A stretch of DNA of 64,000 bases from Anolis carolinensis. Its lineage: Eukaryota. The translations under genes were made by a program, and so were the position numbers. The stretch covers positions 109,034,782 to 109,098,781 of the forward strand of contig NC_085842.1 in the NCBI RefSeq assembly GCF_035594765.1. Reading direction: 5' to 3'. How positions within the stretch are numbered: position 1 is the first letter of the stretch; each line of letters opens with the position of its first letter. The notes under the pieces were generated by a model that was given only the letters and a program-made list of their open reading frames with translations, searched no databases and was not told where the DNA came from. Shown in pieces: positions 11,903-26,368 of this stretch.

Positions 11903-14900
11903 TAGACATGTGCAAGACCAATTTTGACCTCCCTTCCTCCACAGCTCCAGAATTTAGTATCAAATCACCCCACTAAATATAGATAGAAAGCCCTTATAAC
12001 ACATAGAAAGGGCTCATGTAATTTTTTTGGTCATTTGATGCTGGAGTTTGATGTCAGACTAGGAAACACTTTAAAACAATTTTCCTCCTTTCTTCAATTT
12101 TCCACGAAAATTCAATGGTGTGATTTTCTACCCAATTTTGGCAAAGCAAAACAAGATCCTCTGAAATGGCTAAGACTTGTTAGAGGTGTTTCTGGACAAT
12201 TAAAATATATACTGCAGTGGTGGTAGTTTTGTTTTTATTTTATTGGCATTTCAGGTCTTAATTGTGAAGAATATCTATCTGCATACAATGGCCCCTTGGT
12301 GTCCACTGGAATTTGGCTTCAGGACCCCTATGGATACCAAATTCATGAATGCTGAATTATCATTATATGCAATGGTATACTGTATATAAAACTGTGGGTA
12401 GGAAGGGCCAACACTATCCATCCATTTTTATCTGTCTATCTAGCAATCTATCTGAATAATGTTTACAGTTGTATTTCTGAAATTGTGTTTTGATCAAGAT
12501 CAAATGCAATACAGTGATATTATTGCTTCCCCCCTCTCCCCTCCTAGAATCAACACATATATGTATACATATACACATACATGTCTGAGCAGTGCCTACA
12601 ATTGTTCCCAGTGGTAGTAGTGAAATGGTCTGAGTATGGAGGAAAATGAAGTAATCTGCTTCCGTGGAATAGGAAAGAACAGAGTAACAATCCACATGAT
12701 TTTCTGTGAGCACTTGTTGATGGATATGATATATCAGAGGTACACGGCAAACCCTTTTTAAGGAGTATTTAAAACAACCTTGATGAAGTAGCTGTATTCA
12801 ATGATCACATTTCAGCCTTATGCAGATGAAGTTCATCCTCATGTGTTGTGTGAGGCCAGATACAAACAGGAAGTCTCTAGTTAATTCATGAGCTGAGTAT
12901 CTAAGTTTTGTAACAAATCAAGATATGAAGATACGAAGCCAGTCCTAAACCATATCTTTATACATTGGCTTCTTCCAGAGCTGTCAACACTATTTCCTGG
13001 TTTGGTCCAAACAAGAAATTTTTGAAGTAACATTTATGGCATGCTTACTCTTTAAGGCCCAAAGTGGGATACAACATAATTAAAATTGGTAGATAAAAAC
13101 ATGACCATTAAAACACATATATTACAGGATATAGACCTCAGATTAAAACACTTCAAAAATCATACTAATAAAATGTACATTTAAATTCATAGTTTAAAAT
13201 TGACTGGGCAGACCTGCCAGAAGAGATAGGTTTTTAATTCATTTTTAAATTCCAATTGCTCATTTAGCTATTGAATCTGTTCTGGTAGGTCATTCCACAA
13301 TCTTAGGGCAGCCAATAAAAAGCTCATCTGTGTGAAGAACATCCTTTAACAAAAAGCAGGAAATGGGGCTCCTGTTGTGCAAGGGAGAGTAAGAGAGTGT
13401 AAAAGTCAGGGCAGAGGGTATATGTGTCGGTACACAGATCCGAACCAAGGCTTGATTCTGTTTTAATTCAGAAACTCAGATTAAAGGCTATATTCAAGTT
13501 ATTTTTTTCAATTACTGTTAGCTCAGAAGATATATATACCCACTTACCATACTTGGATAATACCTACTGGGAGAATAAACTACGATTCCCATAACCATCT
13601 GTTTTTACTCAGGTTTAAATCCAGAAAAACAGTCATGAGTCACTATGAATCCTGGGCTTGGTAGATGAATTACTGCTCACCTCTTACAGGGACCTGTGCC
13701 ACATTACTTGCTGTGGACACAGCTGAAGAAAGATTTTGTTTACATTAGATGTAACACAAATAGCATTCTTTTTGTGATCTGGAAACTTGATAAAACATGT
13801 ATTTTTTATTCAGGGTGCCTTAATTTTAAGGGGGGAAATTTGCTTGAGCAGCCAATTCCAAAATAGAATCATGGTGGCAAGGTCATGCGTCTGAAGTAAA
13901 TGTGCCAATCCAAAATCAGGAAAGGGCTTGAATTGTGTTTCTAGGGACTTCATCAGATTATGCTGGGAAGTGTTCAGAAGAAGAGAGTTCAGTCTAACTC
14001 CATTTCGTAATAAAATTGAGTTTTTCCCTACCTTACAATCACACTGTTTAGCGCACTCAGTTGTCTTGCGTATTTTTCAATGAAGAGGTTTCCACACTGC
14101 AGATATTTGGCCCTGCCCACCATCCCTCTCGGTGCTTTTTGGTACTTCAACTCCCACAATTCCCAAGAGCAGGGAGTGAGAGAAAGAAAAGGGATGGGAG
14201 GGAAACCCATTTGGAACGGGAGCAGCACTGGCGCTCCCGACACAGACAAATCATGGAAGGAAGGAATAAAAGTACCCTAAAAGGCAATTTTATTTTTTTG
14301 CAAAGTAGAAGCATTATGAGGTAGCATACAACCAAACCTTCCTGCTTGGGGAACTAAAGGAAATTGCCCAAAAAAGGTTATTTTGACTCCTCCCCCAATT
14401 TCTCCTCCCACAAATTAGATGATCCTAACCTGAGAGCAACATGTGCTACTTCATTAGAAATTTGGCAAAACATCAGGAGTTTTGAGAAAAATCAATTTCC
14501 TCACCTCTTCCTGATACGTTGGAAAAAATGCTGTCCTCAATGTTTAAAAGACTCAAAAACTGCACTTTAACCAAAACGAATGTAGTGGACCCAGTGGAAT
14601 ACCAGATTTTAAGTGGAATTTAACTCAGTGGAATTTAAGTTATGCTATGAAATTGTAGGATAAGGGTGGATATGTTTCTGAATGTATCCAACTTGCTTTG
14701 TTTTTCAAGGTTCTCCAACCAGAACAAGATGCTAATGTATGGAAAATCACTTGGAAAACTATCAATCCTAATATACTGTCTTATGGCCACTGCAATTGAG
14801 GCATGGCCTTTGTGAAAGAAAAAAAATACATCTTTGTCAATTAGACTAAACAAAATTGTGGCATTTCTTCATACACCTAGACTTGGGTTTTACTGGATTG

Positions 14901-15182
14901 TAACCATGTATCTGATTACATCACTGTAGATTCCTGTTGAAGACTCACATGGCTAAATACTCTTTCATGTGTAAATAATAGGTATTTCATCCATCACTGA
15001 GAGGCAGAAAATGTATTGGAATCCATTTCTTTGACTTGTGAGGAAGGGAAGTATAAAATCAGTCACTCAGTCAGTTAAGCCGCGTGTTTAGCCTGAAGGG
15101 TTACAGCTGGCTAGTGTTGCCAATCACAGTTTACTTGAAAACATTTGTGTTTTAATTTATTATCTCTTATTTTTGATTTTAG

Positions 15183-15317
<135 letters not shown>

Positions 15318-17145
15318 TAAGTATCTGCAAATTTTACTGAAAACTGAGAAGGAAAATTTCTGTGTGGCTCTGCTAGTAAGCTGTCTGTTGGCCAGCAGTC
15401 TACCCAATCCCAAGGAAGCCCTCTATAATACACTTCAGTGACTTTCCCAACATATTGAATAAAAACATAACTGGAAATCTTGAGCCTTCATCTTGTTACA
15501 CAGTATTGGATGTGTTATGCACAATAACCAGTACTTCTGAAATAGAGATCAAATTAATATTGTCTACTGGTAGCACATGTGAAGAGAAAGTTGCAGTGTG
15601 GAGTGCTTCTATTCACTACTCTAATCAATCCTGCCCTTTCCCTTGATCTCTCCTCAGACCAGTTTCCCCATCTTGCCCTTGGGTGGGGGGAGAGTCAAAA
15701 TTGTCATGGTTTTTGCACCTGTCCTACTTGATAATCTTATTCCAGTAGATCTTTTAACCAACAGCTATTTTTGCAACATCATAATGGGCATTCCCCCTGA
15801 AATTAGGAAATGGAATAATGAAGTATAGTACAAACGCTGTATGCGCAGGGGATACATTCTCTGATCTGACATGGATATTCCAAGCGGGGAATAATAGTGA
15901 ACCCTATTGAAATGAGGGACGTCTACCCCAAAAATACTGTAGCATCACAGAGAAGGCTCTAGAAAATGCCCAGAGAGGATATAATAATTTGTTGGCTATG
16001 GATAAATAAGACTGCTTATACCGCGGATACAAGGGCATACTTTTCACTAAACAGATACACTATCTTCAAATGCATAGATACATAGGTAGGCAATAATTCT
16101 ATCATGAAATTAGTGTACTAAATCAAATATTTTTGTGTTGTAAAACTTTAAGTAATCCTCTCTTTTTGGCCTGGCCATAGTTGTTGCCTGTTTTATTTAT
16201 ATTGGGATTCAATTTTCCCTACAAAGTGAGGACACCAGAATGGTAACTGGTGTTGATAGAGAAAAAGCTTGGAGCCCACTTTAGATTTTAGGTACTGCTC
16301 ATATGCAGATCCCACATTGTGTAATAATTCCCAAGTTAAGGGATGTCATTGAATAATAATTTTGGGTTGTGATTAAATCAAGAATTGTGTATACCTTAAA
16401 TACCTGCTCTAAAATTTAGATAATCCTGAATTGGTTCTATCTGTTTCTTGTTGTTTCCCTCATTTAGACCTTTTCTTTTCTCCCCCTTTTATCCCCACAC
16501 AAACACATACCCCGTTCCCAATTAGTTGGATTATGAAAGAAGGTGTTGTTTTTGTTCTATTGTATTGCATAAAGAAAAATATAAACGATAACAACCTTTG
16601 GATTGCTGTGAGTTTCCGGGCTGTATGGCCATGTTCTAAAAGCATTCCCTCCTGACATTTTACCCACATCTATGGCAGGCATCCTCAGAGGTTGTGAGGT
16701 CTATTTCTAGTTATCTATTGATTAATTGCATGTTGTAAATGTTAAAGAGGTCTTCTTCTGTGTCCTACTAGTGAGGCCAACACACCTTATCACAATGTGG
16801 GAGAGGCCTTCTCAGTAGTGGGTCCCTAAGGGAGAAATGAATGCCCTCTCCCCTTGGAAACTAGATTAGTGCAAATCTTGATTTTATTTAAGTGGCAATC
16901 AAAAACTTGGCTATATATTGTATTAAAACCTTTCACACAACAATGGTTTAAACTGGTTTTAACCTTATAAGCATGTTTAAACTCCTTAATGTGGTTTTAG
17001 TCTATTCAAATTATTGTTTTAAAAGAATTCAACCTGTTTCTATTTGTGTGTGACCCTGACATCTTTTGATATAGGGCAGAATAGCAGCTCAACAATCAAT
17101 CAATATAATAATAATGAATGTTTTTCCTTCCCCCCCCCCCCCCAG

Positions 17146-17332
17146 GATAATCAAAAGTAGATCCCAGCAACGAAACTTTCAGCTACTTGTGATTACACAT
17201 GATGAAGATTTTGTGGAACTTTTGAGTCGTTCTGAATATGTGGAAAAGTTCTACAGAATTAAGAAGAACCTTGAACAGTGTTCTGAAATTGTGAAATGTA
17301 ATGTCACCTCTTTGGGATCATATCTTCATTAG
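17146..17332 (+). CDS. RAD50: RAD50 terminal coding exon (exon 25 equivalent), H-loop
   Basis: cccag|GATAAT...CATTAG stop; 187 nt; [41 protein letters not shown]. Confidence 0.98.
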
Positions 17333-18791
17333 AATTTGTAAACTAGCTTGTTTCTGAGCACTCCTCTAATGCATTATGTGATAAAAAATAAGATTGTTCT
17401 TTGGTTAGATAAGCTGTATTCTTTTGACTAGTACTGAACAGTTGCATTACTAAAATGGAAAATATTGAATTATACACATGACAGTGATGAAAAAAATACT
17501 TAAAATGTTTTTAAAATTGTCCAAAAGCATGTCTCAACTTTTGGGAAAACCTAATGAGGAGAATCTTAGACTAGTGAGAAATGATATTTCCTTTGCAGAG
17601 AATGCTGCTACTCGCACAACAAAGCTGTTTGTTGCACAATTTGTTAATTTTGTGCAGAGCTGTTTTGCAGTCCTGAACTGTGCAAATTCTACATACAGGT
17701 ACTCTTCAGTTAATGACATTTTCTGCATAGGAAACAATACTTTGAAGAAATATATTCTGCACAGAAAAATGTTTTCTGTACTAATATGCTACATTAAAAT
17801 TTGGCTTAGAATAACCTTTGTGAATATTCAAAAATAGCAGTTTTCAAGTTTTCTAACAGTAGGAGAAATTTGCTAAGCTTGTTTCCTTTAAGAACAATAT
17901 CCTTAGCACAGATTAATGTGGCAACTTAGAAGTTAACCGGATATGACTAAAACACCTGGGGTACATCTTGACAGGGCAGTTAGCCCAATGTTGATCTGGA
18001 GTGGGCTACTTTAGATCAGCATCAGGGGTTACTTTGCTGTCCGCCTCTCAGCCGACTTGCGAGCTACATGTTAGCTACACAAGCAGTCCCCAAATTGTCA
18101 CCTCTGAGCCAAATGATGTACTTTTTATTGAGGGTGTGTTTGGGCCAAGAGCCTAAGTAGGTGCCCTCTTTTATGAGAGCAGAAGCAGGTCCAGGCTACA
18201 TGTGGTGATGGTGATAATTGTGACTATTCACTTTATATAGAGAGACATTGCCATTCCTCACAAACCAGAAGACAAAGCAGCTTAGAAATTAAAATACTAT
18301 GTCTGAGAGTCTGCTTGGGATTTAATCATCATCAGTGGCCTTATATGTACACAAAACAGAATTGAGTAGTTTCACAACATCCATATTCACCTAAAGGCTG
18401 CATTATGTTAAAGCATGAATGTCTAGTAAAAACCAGAAGCAAGTGGACTCACAAGGTTAACAGTTGCTTGAGTGTAGAAGTTTGAGACAGTGCAAAGGGC
18501 TAGAGAATAGCCACCATGAATTGTCCAAAAAAAGATGCACATAAAGCAAGGTTATTATATACACATCTCCAACGGGATGCTACTAAATGTGCCTGCCTAT
18601 GTCAAATCATTCTAGACTTTATGAAACCAACAACAAAACTTAGGTACAGGCAGTTCCCAAGTTACATACAAGGTTCTGTAAGTTTGTTCTTCAGTTGAAT
18701 TTGTAAGTCAGAACAGGTATATTTTTAAGTGTAATTCCCAGCCCAATATATATACAGGGTGTCCATAAAGTCTCTTTACCAAACTTTAGAC

Positions 18792-19023
18792 CAGGGGTCC
18801 CCAAACTAAGGCCTGTGGGCCAGACACGGCCCTCCAGTGTCATTTACCTTGCCCCTGTCCTAAACTTTAGATTTAAAGTTGACCTAAGTCTGAAACGTCT
18901 TGAAGGCACACAACAGCAACAATCCTAATTTTGGACTATTTCATCATAGTCTGCCCCCCCCCCCCCCCAACAGTCTGAGAGACCATGAATCATCTCTCCA
19001 CTTAAACAATTTGAGGACCCCTG
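18792..19023. mobile_element. hAT MITE
   Basis: TIR CAGGGGTCC...GGACCCCTG, 8-bp TSD CTTTAGAC. Confidence 0.85.
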
Positions 19024-22000
19024 CTTTAGACATTCCCAAATTTTGGACCTTCAGCTGCTCTGGACTTGAACTCCTAGAAGCATCAGCCAGCTTGGTCAAC
19101 AGTCAGGAATTCTGGAAGCTGAAGTCCAAAACAGTTGGAAGAACAGGGTTTAGAAAAAAACTAACTTAAGATAAATTCTGAGATTCTGTTATAAATCCCT
19201 TCACTAGAGCTTTGTCCTTCAGCCTAGTAGGTTATTTATCTCTTCCTGTATTTCAATGATGTATCAAAACTGGTTCCAAGTCCCATTATGCTAATCATGC
19301 CTCTCTGCAGGCCCATGTTTTTCATAAGAGTAAGTGGTATAGATACAATAAAATGCATATGTCATACATCTGGGAACCCATTGTGTCTTTCCAAACTCCT
19401 TCATGCCATCTACTGTCCTTCATGGCATCTACTACGTATTAGTCAATCTTGTGACCTTGACTTATCTCCTTGGTCTAGTGATTGTCTCCATAAATGCAGT
19501 TCCTTGAACAATGGCTTGCTTCTGCCTTCTTCAGTTATTCCTTTTACCATTTCAAAATATCTAGTAGCTATACTAAACTATTCTAGCATTTATTTTAGCA
19601 TTTTCATTCTATGAAACAGTGTTACTTGGCAAAGCCATAAACAAGATATATTGGGATATTTGTTTTTTTATTTCTCCATACCGCATATTATTTTAATATT
19701 AGCAAGCACCCACGACATTTGATTAACCATAAAAACCTCCTGTGGTACAAATCCAAATTAAGAATAGAAGGAAGTGTTTTATAAAAGAAGCCATTAAAAA
19801 GATACTGTGCAGAGTGACCTAGAACCTAATATTCATCAGCTCTTGATAATTTTCACTATAAACATTTTAATGCTACTGGCTAACACAAATACTGAGTGTC
19901 CATAAAATGTATATCCTACTTCAAGTAGAGTTACAAACATGGTTTAAGTATGTTGGCTCCACCAACATAAGGATGGGCTATGTAGTCATTCTTTGAAACA
20001 CGCTGTTATCTGCTGCAGCATTTCAGAAGGCCTTGTTTGACTTCTTATCTCTGTGAGAACAAAGAAGAATTTAAGAGCAGGCTACAGGTTGGGTATTTCT
20101 TATCCAAAATTCAAACCCTGAAATAATTGAAAACCTGAAATTTTCCACATTGGTGGCTGAAATTAGACCACCGTTGCTTTCTGATAGTTCAGTGTACACA
20201 AAATTTGTTTTATGCACAATATTGTTACAAATGTGGTATAAAACTACATTTGCCCTATATTTTAAGGTATCTATGAAATATAAATGAATGTTATTTTTAG
20301 ACTTGAGTTCCATCTCCAATATCTTATTGTGTCCTATATGCAAATACAGCTATCCTGAAATCCAAACAACCCGAAATCCAAAGCATTTTTGGTTCCAAAC
20401 ATTTCAGATAATGAATATTTAGCTTATATCTCTTTTAGAGAATTATTTTGCTCTTGTGCATTATGGTGAAGAGATGTATCTCAGAGCTGATAGCCACAGT
20501 AAAGAAGTTAACTTCCATTATTGTGAGCCTGAATACCTACATGCAATGTCCCAAAAAAGAAGAGGATAGGTCTTGAAAATGCAAGCCATGTAACAGCTTG
20601 TGAACATCACCAAGTGACTGTTTTAGGCATTTACTCACATCTGTTATGCAGTGTTTACAGTGGACTCTGCAGAAGATACTTCAGCTGTACTTCATAAAAA
20701 AAGAAAATCAAGATGTTTAGCATGCATTGCAAATGCTGATTTATTATCAGCAAATGTTGATTTCTATACCTATTTTATGTACCTAATCCTATATACCTGA
20801 AGTCACATAAACATTTCTCAGTCAGAAAGGGATTCCGAGTGGAAAAGTGGAAGAAGAGCCCTGCTATAAAGCAAGGAAGCATTACCTGAGACATGAATCG
20901 TACAGCTCCCTTCTTGTGACTGCTGCGCTGGCTGCCAGTCTGTTTCCAGACACAATTAAAAGTGCTTGTGGTGATCTATAAAGTCCTATTGGCTTATGCC
21001 CAAGATGTTTGACAGACCGCATTACTTCATATGAATCTGTCTGGATTCTGAGATTCTTGGGAAAGACCCAGGCCTTCCTGAACTGGGCATGATTCCAGGT
21101 GACCATCTTCAGTAGGACCTACTTTTGACAATGTTTTATAAAGTACTTAACAATTATATTGATATGTTTGTATAATTTTAGTTGTATCTCTTTTAGATTT
21201 ATTATCTTCATCTTTTCTTTGTTACTTTTCTAAATAAAAACACTTGCAGTTGAGTGAGTTCTTTGTATGTTTGACTTCTAAGTGCGGTTTGAATCATGAA
21301 CCTAAAGTGACTAGGAATGGGAAGCTCCTATCATTTAAATCAACTTAAAATAGGTTTTGCAAATTCCTCAACAGTATGAGCTCAAGTCAAGAGACTGCAG
21401 AATGAAGGAAAAACAACATCTTTAGGAGCACTCTTCACGTTTCAATTTTGTGCAGAGATGTTCAAACAGAACAGTATGACTTTCATATCCACAGTTGGCA
21501 TACATGGCTGCACTTTTTCATAGTTTCAGGGCTGGGCACTTGCGCCAGTGGATTAGAAATGGTCTGGGACTGCCATTTGTATGAGGTGACTAATGATGTT
21601 ATCACACAAGGGCTTTAAAGTGGGCAGCCCCACATTTCTGCTACCTGCAGAATTCAGGGAAATGTAGTTTGGGAAAGCGAGGACCTATGTAACTGAGAAT
21701 TCAAAAGGCCCTAACTACATTTCCCAGAAATCTGCGGGTGGCAGAAATGCAGTGCTGCCTGCTTTAATGTCTTGGTGTGAGAACGTGGTGTGTAGCATTG
21801 TGTTTCATGTTGCTTCACCTCCAAAGGGTCTGGAAAACTCTTACCTCCATCACATGTGTTTTCCTTTGCCCGTTTCTACAGGAATCATCCATTGACTCTC
21901 CCACCGCATGAGAGAGTGGAAGCCCATTTTCCCATTTTCTCTTCCCTCACTTTTTTTTTAAAAAAAAGTAAAACTCCTCAATAGAGGAAGTACTCTATGA

Positions 22001-23861
22001 ATGCATTTTAAAAGATCAAAAATAAGTTATACAACCCAAAAACAACACCTCTAAGTAACAAGATGTACTGAAGAATTAAAGGTTTCTTGGACAAGAAAAC
22101 AACACAGCAAATTACTCTTACTTCGACATTGTGAACAGCTGTTAATAATAAAAATTATAATTAATAATAATTTATAGTTATAAATAATAATAAATGTTTA
22201 TTATTATTATAATAAAAATTAATAATAGTGTTTACCACTCTACTGTCCTTGAAGAAATGGCGATAACTGCATGTTTGGGGCACTTTTAAGAACTGATTAG
22301 TTTCTGATTAGTTTTAAGAACTGATTAGTTTCAGGTCAAGCAACAGATGCATCTCTCAGCCCGAAAGCTTTCTAGTGTTTCTACAAGAAATGCAAATGCT
22401 TCAGATATTAGCTCAGCAGAAATTATATTTCACCCATGAGGTGTAGCTTCCTGTCACTAATGATGAAACTGCCATTCTGTAGATACATATTGGAAAGTGA
22501 GTCTCATTAAATACACTTTAAACCTCTCATGGAATTTCTGTTTTCGTTTTTATAGTTAAAATAGATACAACTAGATTATGTGCACAGTACACTGCAAAGC
22601 CACCCAAGTATTCCCTGCCTAAAAAAAACCCCTACAAATTCTACGGGGTTGCAATAAATCAACAAGCAACTTGGAGGCACATACACATACATCCCTTCAT
22701 TGTCCAAGTAGATGTCTGGATGCTGGTGGTAGATAATCTCAAATCATTTGATACACATGCCAAGGAAAATAATAGGAAATGTATTCTGCTGTCACCTCTT
22801 GTCCTGTTGACATAGCATTGGGTAGATGTCTCCCAAGCTGAGCAAGAAACGATTTGCAAAGTGAGGTTGTGGGGGCTCCTTAGTTTCCAAACTTTTTTTC
22901 TTCTGCATGGATGGAATGGTGGCCATCTTCTTAGAGGCTCCTTCTTTGGAGGCTTTTAAACAGAAACAGGACGGCCACCTGTCAGGGGCACTTTGAATGT
23001 GCTTTTCCTGCATGGCAGGGGGTTGGACTAGATGGTCCATGTGGTCTCTTTCAACTCTATATTCTATCTCCAGACCATTCAGTCCATCTTTTGGACAAAT
23101 CCTGCTAGAGATGCAGTAGTTTGCTGAAGCCCACTATAGAGAGAAAAAGTCTGTTCCCACAGCATTCCCACATTGGGTGGAGAATCTTAATTTTGCCCGT
23201 CTTTTGGCTGTACAATCATGATGTAATTGGATATGTGATTGCGGTTGTGATCTAAATAGCAATGCCTTGAAAAGAAGTGTGGATTCTATTAGTTCTGCAA
23301 TCCCTGAGTACATTTCTGAAGCCTACACTCCCTTTCTGAGAGACATTCAGATCACAACCACAGACCATAACTCAACACAATCCAATGTCTTGACAAAGAA
23401 CTTACCCAACTGCAAAATCAAGGAGGGGTGCTTCAGAAAACCTCCTTTTTCTTACACTGGCAAGCGCTATAGAAGGTTCCACATTTCTGAGCCTAGTTTT
23501 CAAATATTTGGGAGGAAAAGAAAGATCTTCAGGTTTTAATCAGGTTCTTTCTTCCCTTCTTGGGTTGAATTTTCTAGAATGGATCTCAGCATCTCTAGAA
23601 TATGCTTGAACAAGCAAAATGCTTACATCCATTTAAATATTCAAACAAGCAAAAAAAGACAACCTCCCCAGTAAAATGAAACTCTGGAGCCCAAACTGTA
23701 ATTTCACCAGATACTTAATGCTTGTGGAAACTAGTTACATCTAACCCATGGTTTGATATTTTGGTTAATTTCTGAACCTGGCTTTTTTTAGGAATGATTT
23801 ATATTGATTGTTTCATACTGTTGCTCACATTGGGGTGGGCAAAATGAACAAACACAATATA

Positions 23862-24030
23862 GGGTTGTTGTATGTCTTTCGGGCTGCGTGAGGTATACCT
23901 CACAACCTCTGAGGATGCCTGCCATAGATGTGGGCGAAACGTCGGGAGAGAATGCTTCTGGAACATGGCCACGCAGCCCGAAAGACATACAACAACCCTG
24001 TGATCCCGGCCATGAAAGCCTTTGACAATA
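23862..24030 (+). mobile_element. Penelope-like pseudo-LTR with short inverted 5' segment
   Basis: cacaacctctgaggatgcctgccatagatgtgggcgaaacgtc...gaaagcctttgacaatac; copies near 8075, 16600, 30150, 46745. Confidence 0.8.
23906..23946 (+). ncRNA. Minimal type I hammerhead ribozyme motif (Penelope-associated)
   Basis: CCU-CUGAGGA-u-GCCUGC-cauagau-GUGGGC-GAAA-C-GUC-GGG: intact CUGANGA/GAAA core, 6-bp stem II, palindromic ACGU stem III, GUC site. Confidence 0.65.
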
Positions 24031-26187
24031 CATTAAACACAATATAGTCTGTGCAGTCAAGAGAACTATAATGACCATATAGCATATAGTAACACCATTA
24101 TCCCCAATGCAAAGCTCAATACAATGCAATGAAAAATACAATAGAAAAAGAGCAACTGCTTTCAAATGGAAATTATCTTGGTCCGATATCAGTCCCAATG
24201 TATGAAAGCTTCAGGGGTCCAAATTCAATGAAAAAATATTCCAAAAGGGAGTGAACTGGCTGTTGGTCAGGTGGCTACTATGCAGAATGGACAGAATAAA
24301 GATGAAGCACAGCCCTCAAAACAAAAACTTTCAGTGAATGAAGTCATTCATGATTCAAAAGAGCTGTGAAGGTCCAAGTAGGATGAAAATCCTCAAATAA
24401 AAGGAGTGAAAAAATTCAGTTGTGGGTGCAGTATTGGTGCTACAGGGATGCCCAGGTTTTCTAGTACCCTGTTTCGGGAAGAAAACTCCCCTTCTTCGGG
24501 TGATAAAGTGATCAGCAACTATGAGTAATGATTCGGAGTGAATAAGAACAACTTTATCCGCAAAGAACCAAGCAAATGCCTCACAGTGAGCTGTCGAAGG
24601 GCCAAGGACCCCATCACAAGCAAATCCTTCCTTCTGTTAATGGCCCATTCTGACCTCAGCAGATGGACCCATAATAGTTAGGTTTTTTCAGGGAGGCCCT
24701 TGGCTAGTGAGGAATAACAGAAATGACACAAGGACAAAGAGATGGGCCAGTGAGGTTAATGGGGCCCCAGTCCTTTTAGACCAGTGACCTCACAGAGGAC
24801 TTGGCCTGGTACATGTGACCACCAACACAGTTGGCCTGGGGGCATTCTGGAGCATAATGCAGCCAGTATAGACATGAGTGTTGAGTATGGAACAATGAAG
24901 GCACTGCTCATGCACTGCCTTTTACAATCCTCCATCACCCCCTGCCAAAAACACCCCTCCAGATCCCAGCTCTTCGAATAGCTGTTTCACAATCTGCAAC
25001 CCACCTTGAATACGCTAACCCAATGGTGTCTGTTATGAGCCTTGACTTCAAACCACCAACATGAGCGTACAACAGTCCAAGGTCAAGTCAGTTAGTCCAC
25101 AGAAGAAACAGAACCCAAAAGAACAAGCAGAAGGGAAGCCAAATGTCCAGCCCAGAGTCAAAGTCAACTACCAGAATTCCAAGCAATGAGATGGTGTTCA
25201 CTACCCAAGTCCAGGAGCAGTATGAATTCCAAAGTCCAGGCATGGATACAGAAGTTGTGGTCAGGTAACACACAGCAAACTATTAAATGCTGCTTTCACA
25301 GCTGACACCGATTGCTGGCCTTCTTTGCAGCAAGCCTGGGGATCTCCTCATCTGAGCCTTATTCCTCCTTAGTTCCACAAAGAAAGGCACAGTTAACCCT
25401 TCCTTAGCCTGCTCAACAGAAACCTCTTATGTTTGACCAGCTGGCTAAGTAGTTGTTACTTCTGGGTGTGGCTGAGGGAGTTGCTATTCTTGGCTGGGCT
25501 CTAGTTCAACAGCCAAGCCCTCACGCAGCAAACCCTCACCCACGCTATCCCTGACACTGTCAAACTTGTGGCCCTCCAGGTGTTTTGGACTTCAGCCTCC
25601 AGAACTCCTGCCATTGGACAAGCTGGCTAGGGCTTTTGGAGGGTCACAAGTTTGACACCACCGCTCTAACCATTGAAGAACAATGAGCTAGTGTCAGCAC
25701 AGTGGGCAAAAATGAGAAACCAGGATCTATACAAGAAACCAAGCAGAACAAAATATACAATTTTAAGATCTGTGAAAGTACAAATGTAACCACTGATAGT
25801 TCACATTTATGGGGTATGTTAATTGCTCCTAATGCTACCAATAAATTATGCATTGTACAGCCATTGCTTCTTTTCCCTATAATAAACTTCTTCCTATATT
25901 GAAAAGAATGTCTATAATAAGAAAAAGAAGGAAGATGTTTTGGGAAAACACAGAAGAGTTACAAATGGAAGTCAATGGACACGCAAACACCACAATGTAA
26001 TTTTATGCACCGAAGCAGAACAGTTGTATAGTAAAAAGACTTTGGTGTACAATTGAACCTGAAAGTGCTGATGATAAACAAGCAGAATTTCAACATAACC
26101 TAACTTTGACTTTTCACAGCATGCATTCTGGCTGATATGGAAAGTCCAGTTACTTCAATTATTACTTTGATCCAACATGTAAACTAC

Positions 26188-26368
26188 CTGGGGCAAATTC
26201 TCAGAATGCTTTTCCACTGGGTCCTAGGAACTGGGCCTCCGCTCACACTGTATGAACCATCACAACTGTTTTGCGTCAATGTGTGATAAGATCTTTTATC
26301 TTCCTCTTGCGTGAAGTGACATGTCTGCCCTGAAGTCTATTTTAAGAATTCTTTTTATTGATAATGCC
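26188..26368. promoter_or_regulatory. Candidate distal enhancer upstream of cytokine A
   Basis: Identical 19-mer CTGGGGCAAATTCTCAGAA (GAS TTCN3GAA) and 28/35 GATA block shared with 44723-44907. Confidence 0.55.

Noticed and set aside
17478-17837. 119-aa ORF after the RAD50 stop
   Set aside because: Lies in the presumptive RAD50 3'UTR, AT-rich, with no recognisable domain
20860-21240. TATAAA followed by ATG, possible third cytokine exon 1
   Set aside because: Downstream sequence reads as a decayed L2 fragment (LRWLPV...LKVLVVIYKVL); no signal peptide or matching exons
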